Assembly: GCA_964016885.1 (NCBI GenBank)
Contig: OZ024747.1
Location: forward strand, 28,086,001-28,150,000
Direction: 5' to 3'
Length of the DNA stretch: 64,000 nucleotides
Source: Eledone cirrhosa
Taxonomy: Eukaryota
The notes beneath the pieces were generated by a model. The model saw only the letters and a list, made by a program, of their open reading frames with translations. It searched no databases and was not told the DNA's origin. The position numbers were made by a program, and so were the translations under genes. This document shows positions 53,700 to 64,000 of the stretch, piece by piece. Position 1 is the stretch's first letter. Every line of letters starts with the position of its first letter.

Positions 53700-54600
53700 G
53701 CCTGGAGTCCTCCAATGCAAACTCAAACAATTACACGATCGTGTTAATTGCTAAACTAATAGAAGGTGATGTCAACCATGACCAGAGTAATCGCCTCGGA
53801 TGAGACTGTTCTTCACTGCACCAATAAGCGTCTGTCTGCTTTTCGGCTCAAACATCCTGAGCCACCTGCGGACCTTAGACCCATGCCTCCATCTAATCTT
53901 TACCCTTATGTGTAGTTTCCGAGGCAAATATCGTCTCTGCCATAAAGTATTTCCATACTTGCAATAGTGGAAACGCCGACAGTCGCTGACATGGTCACAT
54001 CAAAGATTTCACGTCTTCCCTTACTACTGAGGATGGGCAATGTTGGTTCTCTGACAGGTTCATTCACGGCACTCTGGACATCTACACCTAAGACCTTTTC
54101 TTTTCGGCCAGCTAGACTACTCATAGGAAGAAATATGGTGGCATATGCCTTATTTCCGTGGACAATATCTTTAGAATGCAGGCTGATAAGCTTCTTTATA
54201 GATCTGTCACTTCTGAACTGGACAAGGAGCTAAGCACAGTGAAATTTAGGGTTGGCAGAACTGCCAGCTGTGAGTGGAGCGCCCATGCCTATGGTAGTTC
54301 ACCAATGACTACCCACCCGAAATGGCATCGATAAATTCTCGACATCTCATCATTAAGCTCAGTATAAGAAACGCCTTTAATTGTTTGCACCATGATCACT
54401 AGTTCAAAGTTTGGCCATAGTTGCTTCCCCTCCATTTATCCATTGGCCCATTTACCATATGGGTCTCCTCGTCATTTCGTTCTCCGCTGTTAACCAACAG
54501 GCCCTCTCCTCTTCACACTCAGGGTAGACAGCGTTGCACATAGCATCACGACACCATTCAACATGTGGTACCTGGATGAGACATAAATAGGTGGACCTTT
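53700..54600 (+). mobile_element. Decayed CRE-like (restriction-like-endonuclease class) non-LTR retrotransposon RT
   Basis: Translation across stops gives KLIEGDV, KHPEPPADL, AIKYF..HIKD, RKKYGGICLISVDNIFR, KLSIRNAFN, GPLLFTL and FNMWYLDE, colinear with CRE-clade RT motifs (KKDGGIRPIAVG, KLDxxNAFN, WYLDD). Confidence 0.65.
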
Positions 54601-55241
54601 ATTTACACGCTTCCGTATAAAACCCCTGCCATCCCATGTCCCATTTTTAGTGTGCCTTTGTGACAAATAAGGAAATCTATCTACCTATCTATGTCTATGC
54701 ATGCATATACAAATGTATGTATTATTTCGTACCCCATGAGTCGCAAGGTCTTAATCCAGCAGATTTCTCCCAGAGAAGGATAGTGAGTGAGAGAATGGAA
54801 ATGAGAAAGAGATATAGAGCAAGAATCGACCCAGAACTAGACTAGTACTTTTTTAACGACCTAGAATGGATGAAAGGCAAAGTTGACTTCAGCGGGATTT
54901 TAACTCAGAGAGTACAGAGGCGGAACGAATACCGCAAAGCATTCTATCCGACGTTCTAACGACTCTGTCAATTCGCCGCCTTTTTAACCCAGATCATTTT
55001 ATCATAGGGCAGTGGATTGGCAGTTTCGGTAGAGCGTCGGACACCATGCTTTGCAGCATAGAGTTACAGCCCTTTACGTTCTGATTTCAAATCCCGTCGA
55101 GGTTTTCATCCTTACGGGGTCGATGAAATAAAACACCAGTCATGTACTGGGTCGATGAAATCGACTTTCCCCTCCCCCAAATTGCTGGCCTTGTTCCTAA
55201 ATCTGAAACCATTATTTTATCATAAAACACTCACACACACA

Positions 55242-55244
<3 letters not shown>

Positions 55245-55292
<48 letters not shown>
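55245..55292. repeat. (TC)n microsatellite upstream of TTC26
   Basis: Seen directly in the sequence. Confidence 0.95.
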
Positions 55293-55296
<4 letters not shown>

Positions 55297-55389
55297 TTTA
55301 AATTTAAAAATAACCTTAAAGATTCTTTATCTGTGATGCTGAAAACATTTTTTTAAAATCCTTCTAGAGTAGCCTCCCTTAAGGTATGT

Positions 55390-55416
55390 GTTATTTGGTA
55401 ACCAGGAAGTGACGTT
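55390..55416 (+). promoter_or_regulatory. Putative TTC26 proximal promoter: RFX X-box-like site plus overlapping ETS-CRE-like motif
   Basis: GTTATTTGGTAAC (55390..55402) is immediately followed by CAGGAAGTGACGTT, about 40-65 bp upstream of the ATG of a ciliary IFT gene. Confidence 0.55.
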
Positions 55417-55456
55417 ACTACTAGCCGTATTGTATTCTCAAAAACCTGTTGTCAAA

Positions 55457-55459
55457 ATG
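55457..55459 (+). CDS. TTC26: TTC26/IFT56 coding exon 1 (ATG only)
   Basis: CAAAATG|GTAAGT with strong start context and consensus donor. Splicing to 57858 gives MMLSRAKP, like the vertebrate N-terminus. Confidence 0.7.
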
Positions 55460-56249
55460 GTAAGTTTTAATTTGTTTTAAACTTTCTGATAAATGTTTCA
55501 CCCACTAAATTTCACCAGGATTCAGTTACTATTATTCCTGTTAATAATTATTTCTCGTTCAACTTTATTTGGGTAGATTGTTAAATGCCAAAATAGGGAG
55601 TTTATAAACCCGCAATTCCAAAGAAAAGCCCCCTTTTCTGGGCTAATATTTGTGTTTGTCCTTAATGGCTAGACTAAAAGCCCTATTGTCGAGGGTTGTT
55701 ATGCTGCTCGACGATATCTACCCTATTGTATTACTGGTATTAATTAATGGTCGGCTAAAAACGTCAAAGTTGGGTGTACTGAGAAGCCGAAAAGATATAT
55801 TTCATATGTTAAAACACTTCGCAACATATAAACAGAATTTATATAAGTTTGATATGCGGAAGAAACAAATCAATAGAAATTAATCAAAGGGGAGAAGGGA
55901 GGCGATATAAGACAAGCACACTTAATTACACACTACAACAGGGAATGTTGTGACAAGCTAAGACACTGCATAACCGCGGGAGATAGCGAGGGTAAGGTGC
56001 TAGAATAGCCAAGCATCAGCGTCACCTGACACTTCAGCAAGACCAGGTGATAATGCGACTAGGGTGCTGGAATAGCCAAGCACCCACCCGAACAGCACAT
56101 AATACGTCAGCGATAGCTAGGTTGAGGCACAGGAGTATTCAATCCCCCTTACGAACAACACCTGATACTTCAGTAAGATAAACGGTCAAACAATATCAGT
56201 TTCCCCTGAACGTTTAGTGAGATTCTAGCTTAGAACTTGAGAACGAGTA

Positions 56250-56424
56250 CAGGTAAAACTCCGTTATAATGCATACGATTATAACGAACTTTTCAGTATA
56301 ACGAAATTTTTTTCAATCCCCGACCACACGCTCGATGTGTTAGGTAGATCTCGTTATAAAGAATTTTTCGTTACAACAAATTTTTTTTATACCCCGTGAA
56401 TTCCGTTATAATGAAATTTCACTG
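56250..56424. mobile_element. Tigger/pogo-like MITE (TA-flanked)
   Basis: TA|CAGGTAAAACTCCGTTATAA ... TTATAATGAAATTTCACTG|TA, with internal GTTATAA/TATAACG repeats. Confidence 0.7.
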
Positions 56425-56567
56425 TATTAGATATTGTTTGTTTCTTTTCTTGTGGTTGCTGTTTATATTCATACTAAAGAGAAAGGTCAGTGCTCATGAC
56501 CTTTTTTAGGGTTCTCCAAGACTGGTAGGAAGAAGTTAACTTCAGAGAGGATGCTACAATCAAATTC

Positions 56568-56828
56568 TGTCAGTGACTAGGTCACAGTGGAATTGTGCCA
56601 GTGACCTGGTCAAAGTGTGACAGTAATACTGTGTCAGTGACCAGGTCACGGTGTGACACTGAAACTGTGTCAGTGACCAAGTCAAAGTGTGACAGTAATG
56701 CTGTGTCAGTGACCAGGTCAATATGTGACACTGAAGCTGTATCAGTGACCAGGTCAAAGTGTGACAGTAATGCTGTGTCAGTGACCAGGTCACAGTGTGA
56801 CAATGGAACCGTGTTAGTGACCAGGTTG
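56568..56828. repeat. 36-bp minisatellite with alternating unit variants
   Basis: GTGACC(A/T)GGTC recurs at 56601, 56637, 56673, 56709, 56745, 56781 and 56817. Confidence 0.9.
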
Positions 56829-57109
56829 AAAACAGTGCAATGAAAATGTTGACTCAAAGAAATAAATGTTAAATGAATTTAACAATTTTTGTGTGTTTTT
56901 AAATGGGTAAAATTACACTCCCATGATATATATATATATATATATATATATAATTGATATTACTATAGCAACATTAAGATAAACCGTATATACAGTTTTA
57001 ACATTTAATATTGTTATAAGCTGTATTAGAACAAATGTTTATTGATCTTTTTACTGAGAAACATTATCAATATATATTTTATATGTATTGATTAAACCTA
57101 AAATTAACT

Positions 57110-57153
<44 letters not shown>

Positions 57154-57857
57154 AATGTTGTTTTAACAGCCTTTTCCCTGCTAGCAAAGGTTGTGTGTGT
57201 ATATATATAGTTGGTGCTACTGGTAACATGTATCCCAGTACAACCTGTCTCATGGTCGGGTCGTTGGCGACTAAACTGGCAACCACACCAAGGTTTCTTG
57301 GTGAGGAGGGTGACTTTGGACATCCTGCAGGACTAAAAACAAAACCTGTCAAAGGGCAAAGGAGCTCTTAAGAGTCAATGGCCATCCAAAATCACCGGGA
57401 GAGATGACCCCTTAGCCTTTGTCAATGCAGAATTCTAGGAGAAGGAAATCTCTGATATAACACCTGCAACCCTGATGGTATCCAATGATGTTGACTTGTT
57501 CTTCTTTTTGGTAAATATCATCTTGGTTAAGAGAGTGGGACTGGCTTTGTGCAGTGCCTTTGCTCACTATAAAAGCTTCACAGCACAGGCATTGCTTTAT
57601 ATCTGGAGATCTCTCTGCACTTGTCGTTACATGGTACCATGGGCCCAGCACTATGTGTCAATAATTGTCGCAACTGTAGTGTTTGTACCAGAGTTTTCAA
57701 GTCGCTGGCTGGACTAAAAAGTCACATTCGTTCAGCACATCGGTAGGGGTTCTCCTACATGGATATAAAGTAGTGGCCGTACTCGAAAACGAGTTGGCAG
57801 CCACCATATATATATACAATCCTTAAAATAACAACTCATGTTTTTTTATTTTATTAG

Positions 57858-57995
57858 ATGCTCTCACGTGCTAAGCCGGCCACTGGGGCTGCCAAAATCT
57901 CTAGTGCCAAGGGTGACAAAAAGACACAAGAACTTCCAAAATTGGAAGATTTCTTACAGAAAAGAGATTATACTGGAGCTATTACCCTTCTTGAA
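57858..57995 (+). CDS. TTC26: TTC26/IFT56 (intraflagellar transport TPR protein) coding exon 2
   Basis: attag acceptor; encodes MLSRAKPA..PKLEDFLQKRDYTGAITLLE; donor GTATGT. Confidence 0.96.
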
Positions 57996-59652
57996 GTATG
58001 TCAATCTATCATTACATCTCATCATTATCATCATCATTTTACATCTGCTTTCCATGCTGGCATGGATTAGATAGGCTATCACAATCAGAGACTAGATAGA
58101 TCAGGGAATCACATCACACTCATCCATATTTTGACATGGTTTCTACAGCTGGATGTTCTTCCTAACACTAACCACTTTACAGAGTGTACTGGGTGTATAT
58201 TTTTGTGGCACCAGCACAGGAGAAGCTATTTCATCTACAGCAGGTCAAAACAGGGCTTCTTAACCTTTGCAGAAGCAGCACATTCATAGTTCAAATCCTG
58301 CTGAAATCAAATTTGCCTTGCATCTTTTTGATGTTGATAAAATAAAGTACCAGTCCAAAGGTAGTTGACTGAGAAAGTTGTTAGAATGTTAAACAACATG
58401 CCTTACTGTAACTGTTCTGGTAGTTTGTTCTGATTTTTCTGGAACAAGATGTGTCTTCTAGCCTGTCTAGTCTCAACCAATTCAACCCATACCAGCAGGG
58501 AAAACAAACAGTATTCTTTTTAGCTACTGACAGAAAAACTAAGCATATTCTACACTTACAAGCATTGCAGTAAACATTGGGATATGATACTGATTAGAAA
58601 AGTAATTCATCATCATCATCATCATCAAAATCATCATTGTTTAACATTGATTTGCCATGCTGGCATAGGTTAAACAGGTTGTCACATTCTGAGGCTAGAC
58701 TGATCAATGGCCATGCCTTGCTCATTTGTTCTATTTTGGCATGGTTTCTACAGCTGGATGCCTTTCCCAATGCCAACCACTTTACAGCATATACTGAAAT
58801 TATTTTATCATGGCATCAGTGCTTCCACCTTTACAAAGTGGGTTAGGTACTTTTTATTGTGGCACCAACATTATCACTTTACAGAATGTGCTGGATGCAG
58901 TTTATCATGGTACCAGTACTAACCCATTCCAGCAATTTTTAGAATAATTACATAAATTAGTATTTTACAAAAAGTTTATTTTTCCCAGAAAATAAAAACA
59001 AAATTTGTCTCAGCATGGCCACAGTCTAACGACTAAAACCCCCAAAAGAAAAGTACTGGGTCAATATGATCGATTAAATCCCTTCGAGGCAGTGCACCAG
59101 CATGGCTGCAGTTTAATGACTAAAACCAGTAAAAGAAATAAAAAGATTTGTTTGTTTATATTTTTACTTGCATATTTACAAAGCTCAACATGAAATTTCT
59201 AGATTGCTTTGATGCAACAATTCTGTGGGAATCAATATTCCCAAACCAAATGAAGATTGTCAACATCATTTTATATCAATTTATCTAAAATATAGTTAAA
59301 TGATATTATTTATAGTATGTGGTGGATTGGCAGTATCGGTAGAGGGTCGCCATGCTTTGGAGTTACGACCCTTTATGATCTGAGTTCAAATCCTGCCGAG
59401 GTTAACGTTGCCTTTCATCCTTACGGGGTCGATAAAATAAAGTACCAGTAATGCACTGGGATAATTGCTGGCCTTGTGCCAAAAGTAGAAACAATTATTT
59501 ATAGTATTTATATTAGGTATTAATAAACCCAGGCAAAGCTGGGGACACCACTTGGGTACACCTACTAGTAAGGGCTAACTCCCCCCTCCCCCCAATAAAA
59601 TGGGTATACCAGCTAGTAAGGGCTAAATAAATACAGATTTTTTTTTGTCCAG

Positions 59653-59745
59653 TTTAATAGATCAAGTGGCAAAACTGACATTGATACTGACCTCTGGATA
59701 GCCTGCTGTCTCTTCCATCTCGGTGATTACAAAGGAACAATGGAG
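59653..59745 (+). CDS. TTC26: TTC26 coding exon 3
   Basis: gtccag acceptor; encodes FNRSSGKTDIDTDLWIACCLFHLGDYKGTME; donor GTAAGT. Confidence 0.93.
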
Positions 59746-59929
59746 GTAAGTTACTACATTGCCACACAGTCTTTTACATCATTTAACCCTTTTCATACTA
59801 ATCTGCTATCATCATCATCATCATTCTCATCATCATCACTGCTACCATTACTACCACCATCACATCATCATTGCCTCTGCCACTACCACTACCATCACCT
59901 TCATCATAATCATTTTCTGGTTGTTTTAG

Positions 59930-60044
59930 ATTTATGAGAAAGTGACAACGCGTAAAGAATTCCAGCCTGATATCTGGAACTATTTAGCTTGTGCCTATTT
60001 TCTTCTTGGAATGTACCCTGAGGCATATGAAGCCTCTAAGAAAG
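59930..60044 (+). CDS. TTC26: TTC26 coding exon 4
   Basis: ttttag acceptor; encodes IYEKV..IWNYLACAYFLLGMYPEA; donor GTAAGA; phase 1. Confidence 0.93.
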
Positions 60045-60065
60045 GTAAGACATCTATTGTGACTG

Positions 60066-60305
60066 TGGATGGTTGATTGATTGGATGGTTGGATGGATAG
60101 ATGGTTGATTGGATGATCAGTTGGATGGCTGGATGGATGAATGGTTGGCTAGATGGCTGGATGGATGGATGGATGATTGGTTGGATGGTTCTCTGGATAG
60201 ATGATTAGGTGGATGGTTGGCTGGATGTTTGGGCAGTTGGCTAGATGGTTGGTTGGATGGATGGATGGTTTACTTGATAGATGGCTGGCTCAATGGTTGG
60301 ATAGT
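60066..60305. repeat. Degenerate (GGAT/GGTT)n tetranucleotide tract
   Basis: Seen directly in the sequence. Confidence 0.9.
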
Positions 60306-60909
60306 TTGCTAGTTGAATGGCTCTTTGGCAAGATGGATGACCATTGATATGATAGTGATGTTGTCCCTCTCCATTAAATATATCAACCAAGGCTCTTAAA
60401 AAAGTAAACTGTATTTGTTGGAATTTACTTTAGCATCTTTAGTGGCTGGTTGGATCGTGTGATCTGGCAACACACATCCACCCTGTTTCCTCCTTTGAGA
60501 ATGTTCACAGGTTGGATGTCGAGGACAAAAAGCATCAAACCAAGAAACGTGGCACAATAACTCCAAGCCGAGAATAGAATTTCCCTTGCAACCACTGTGA
60601 CCAGCTCTGGTTCTCCTATATTTGTCTCTTCAGCTTCCAGTGAGCTTGCACTAAACATGCGTGTCCCCCCCCCCCCCCACCTTCCTCCCCCGCGTCATAA
60701 ATCTTTGTTAGTGAAGTCAAGCCATGACTGTTTTGAAACATGAGATGTTCCTACAAAGTGATCAAAACACTCTGCACACACATATGTAGTGTCTGAACAT
60801 TATTCTTTTTGTGGATTTTTGTTGACCAGCTATTGTTGCATGCTGGATATATATGGATGTGGTCAATACATATATAATGTGATATGTGTATTGTTTATCT
60901 TCTGGCAAG

Positions 60910-61105
60910 GACCCAAGACAGGATTACAGAACAGACTATTATTTCACCTCTCCCATAAGTTCAGTGATGAAGACGGTGTAATGGTTTACCACAATGAACT
61001 AAAGGACATTCTTGAAGACCAGTTATCCTTGGCTGCCATCCATTATCTAAGGAACCATTATCAAGAAGCTATTGATGTTTACAAGAGGATCCTTCTAGAC
61101 AATAG
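60910..61105 (+). CDS. TTC26: TTC26 coding exon 5
   Basis: AAG acceptor; encodes [47 protein letters not shown]; donor GTAAGA. Confidence 0.95.
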
Positions 61106-61517
61106 GTAAGAGTTACCTACCACACTCTCTAGTAATCCTTACAACACTTAGTGTATGGTGTGGAGTTTGTTTCTCACAATAAATTCATTATATTACTATA
61201 AAATAACCAGTAAGCAGGGTTTATAAAAATATTTTTTATTATCACTGTGAATTGGACAAAATGTTTTGTAGTATTTACTCCTATATTTTACATTCTGAGT
61301 TCAAATCGCACTGAGGTTAACTTTGCTTTTCATCCTTTAGCAGTCAATAAAATCCTAACAAATTCATGATTATTTTCAAAATTATTTGAAAACCATAAGC
61401 AGTGTGTTTCATTAAAATTATAGCAACAGGGGTTAAAGCTATATTAAGTGTATTAGCTGAAAGTAAAACAATAATATGAAATATTGCATTGTTTGTATGT
61501 CTGTTTGTCTATTGTAG

Positions 61518-61587
61518 AGATTACCTGGCTTTAAATGTCTATATAGCTCTATGTTACCATAAACTAGACTACTATGATGTTTCACAG
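61518..61587 (+). CDS. TTC26: TTC26 coding exon 6
   Basis: ttgtag acceptor; encodes [23 protein letters not shown]; donor GTAAGT. Confidence 0.95.
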
Positions 61588-61738
61588 GTAAGTACTTAAT
61601 TAATATGGAACTGATTGGATATTATTATTGTAATGTTTGTGTGCATGGAATGAAATATGGATGAGCTGAGAGAAAAAGTGTGTATAAAACTAATAAGATG
61701 CAGTATGCATGAGAGAAGACTGCTCTGGTATATATATA

Positions 61739-61900
61739 TCTATATATCTAAAACAGATAATGTCTGTCTGACTCCCTAAAACTCGTGAACCACCCAACCG
61801 ATTGTTTTCAAACTTTACACATGTAATACTTATGGTCCTGTGTTTTGAGCAAAAAATATTTCAAATTTTCAATGCTCTAGGGCGCATTAGGCGATTTAGC
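61739..61900 (+). mobile_element. Helitron-like 5' end fragment; an isolated 3'-end-like motif (..GGGTACACCTACTAG) lies at ~59528..59620
   Basis: A|TCTATATATCTAAAA..GTCTGTCTG..CCAACCGATTGTTTTCAAACTTTACAC resembles the 5' termini of non-autonomous Helitrons. Confidence 0.5.
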
Positions 61901-62188
61901 GATCTCTCTCTATAATTCTTAGTCTTTCTTTTTAGATAGATACATAGATATAACGTTGTGCCCTTATAATATCTGTCTGTGTGTCTGGCTGTCTGTATTA
62001 CGACATTATGACACTGTGTGTGTATGTATATATGTATATATATAGTGTATGTGTATATATATATATATATATAGTGTGTAACGTTTTTCGAAATATTTAC
62101 TTCTGCATTCACAGATTGATTTTTTTAGTTTCAGAAGATCCCGCTAAGGGTGAAAGCAGCGATTCTTTGCTTAAACTTTAATCTGTTA

Positions 62189-62236
<48 letters not shown>

Positions 62237-62240
<4 letters not shown>

Positions 62241-62526
62241 TAAACGGAATAGAAAATGCTGACAAATTGTTCACAGTTGAAAAATGGTTTAATTAGGAAT
62301 AAAAGAGTATTAGTGATTGTATGGGTTAGTATTCAGTTGTGGTTTTAAGTTTTTAAGTTTTTACCGGTTGCGCATTTCTAAATGCTTTTCAAAAATAATT
62401 TTGAGATAGAGTGTCCGTGCTGTTTGCTCAGATCAGAGCCATACAATCACTAATACTCTTTTATTCCTAATTAAACCATTTTTCAACTGTGAACAATTTG
62501 TCAGCATTTTCTATTCCGTTTACCAA
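62237..62526. repeat. Foldback element: perfect 88-bp inverted arms embedded in (TA)n
   Basis: 62237..62324 is the reverse complement of 62439..62526; the spacer is 114 bp. Confidence 0.92.
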
Positions 62527-62641
62527 TATATAATAACTTGTGTGTTACACCTCTATTCTTTTAACTATATATATATATATATATAATTATATATTCGTGT
62601 ACAGATATTTTTGCATACACAATAACCTTTTATATTGGCAG

Positions 62642-62743
62642 GAAGTATTGCAAGCTTACCTCCAGCAGTTCCCAGACAGTGCCATTGCTTTAAATCTGAA
62701 AGCCTGCAACCATTTCAGACTGTATGATGGGAAAGCAGCTGAG
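62642..62743 (+). CDS. TTC26: TTC26 coding exon 7
   Basis: ggcag acceptor; encodes [34 protein letters not shown]; donor GTACAG. Confidence 0.95.
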
Positions 62744-63198
62744 GTACAGTATTACCATTCTCTCTCACTCTCTCTTTACCACCTGTCACATATTACTATA
62801 TTACTGCACCAGACCACCCACCACATCACACCACCTACTACATTACACCATACCATACCACTACACCATGCCACCCACTATGCCACAATGCACTACATCA
62901 TACCACCACCCACTACAGTAACCCACCATACCACACTACATTACATGAGACAATGAGAGAACTTCTACATGGCCAGTCAACCTGCTGGAAATAGCAGACA
63001 ACTCTTGTGTTATTTAACACTGTACCATCTTAAAAGGTGAAGGAAATTTTGGATTGGCATATGTTTATACATACCCACACACACACATACATACACATAT
63101 ACATGCATACACACACACACACCATTTCCACCACATATACATATGTGTTCAGTTATGTGTATTCAATAAAAGAGTTAATGCTCTCCTCTTTGTTCCAG

Positions 63199-63273
63199 AA
63201 TGAATTGAAAGGTCTCCAAGACATGGCATCACCAACATTTACCTTCAATAGAGATCTCATCAAACACAATATG
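63199..63273 (+). CDS. TTC26: TTC26 coding exon 8 (gene continues beyond the window)
   Basis: ttccag acceptor; encodes NELKGLQDMASPTFTFNRDLIKHNM; donor GTAAAG. Confidence 0.92.
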
Positions 63274-63313
63274 GTAAAGTATTTGGTCTTATGTGTATCC
63301 CCCTCTCTCTCTC

Positions 63314-63346
<33 letters not shown>

Positions 63347-63616
63347 TAACACACTAGAGAGAGAGATAGTGCGGCATCAGTCAAACAGGGAAAAACCACC
63401 AGTGTAAGGAATCTATATCCCATGGAAGGCAGAGTAGACACACAATAATTAAAAGTATAAATTAAAGTGTAAATACATCGAGGTATGTATTTACACTTTA
63501 ATTTATACTTTTAATTATTGTGTGTCTACTCTGCCTTCCATGGGCTATAGATTCCTTACACTGGTGGTTTTTCCCTGTTTGACTGATGCCGCACTATCTC
63601 TCTCCCTAGTGTGTTA
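63347..63616. repeat. Near-perfect long hairpin (~130-bp arms, 6-nt loop)
   Basis: TAACACACTAG..GTGTAAATACAT-CGAGGT-ATGTATTTACAC..CTAGTGTGTTA, with very few mismatches. Confidence 0.92.
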
Positions 63617-63719
63617 TCTTTTCTACATATTATATTATAAAGGGCTCGGGATTCCTTCTCCTTTGAGCACATTACTGACAGGGAATAGCGAGAGTCTATG
63701 GCTCCGTTAATTTATTGTG

Positions 63720-63763
<44 letters not shown>

Positions 63764-64000
63764 AGATTTACATATATATAGTTCAAAATGACAAATAAAC
63801 AAACGCAGGAGTCAATAGTACATAGCGTTATTAGCTTCATGCTTGGTGAGAATGGGGGAGGTTACAACGTTTCGGACTTAAGTACTTCATCAGGAAAGTA
63901 GAGAGGAACTCCGAGAGGGAGTGAGGAGGGGAGTTAACAGGAAAAAACATGATAGGATGGGAAAAATAGAAATAAAAATAAACATGAAAATCAATATATA

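Noticed and set aside
56568-56828. CRISPR-like regular palindromic repeats
   Set aside because: The intervening sequences are themselves repeated rather than unique spacers, there are no cas genes, and the context is a eukaryotic intron.

Overview
AT-rich, repeat-dense animal genomic DNA. The repeat landscape (TA/CAT microsatellites, tRNA-derived SINEs, RTE LINEs) suggests an octopod cephalopod; this is an inference. Two + strand intron-containing genes were reconstructed by hand from GT-AG junctions with consistent exon phases. The first is a complete 16-coding-exon cytosolic carboxypeptidase AGBL5/CCP5 (CDS 1680..49512, about 1159 aa). The second is the first 8 coding exons of TTC26/IFT56 (from 55457, continuing past the window end), preceded by an X-box-like and an ETS-CRE-like promoter motif. 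Introns and the intergenic region hold a near full-length Tx1-clade LINE and a 5'-truncated relative, both in (TAT)n context. They also hold degenerate RTE LINEs (one with a PHD-like finger) sharing a 3' tail with a SINE family, a decayed CRE-clade RT, TTAA-flanked piggyBac-type MITEs, pogo/Tigger-like MITEs, Helitron-like ends, long foldbacks and minisatellites. The most notable hidden signals are a structurally complete type I hammerhead ribozyme on the minus strand (9676..9734, with a core-mutated paralog at 44676..44734), hammerhead-like motifs recurring next to foldbacks, and apparent (TAT)n targeting by the Tx1 family. Most short ORFs in the supplied track are microsatellite or repeat artefacts.
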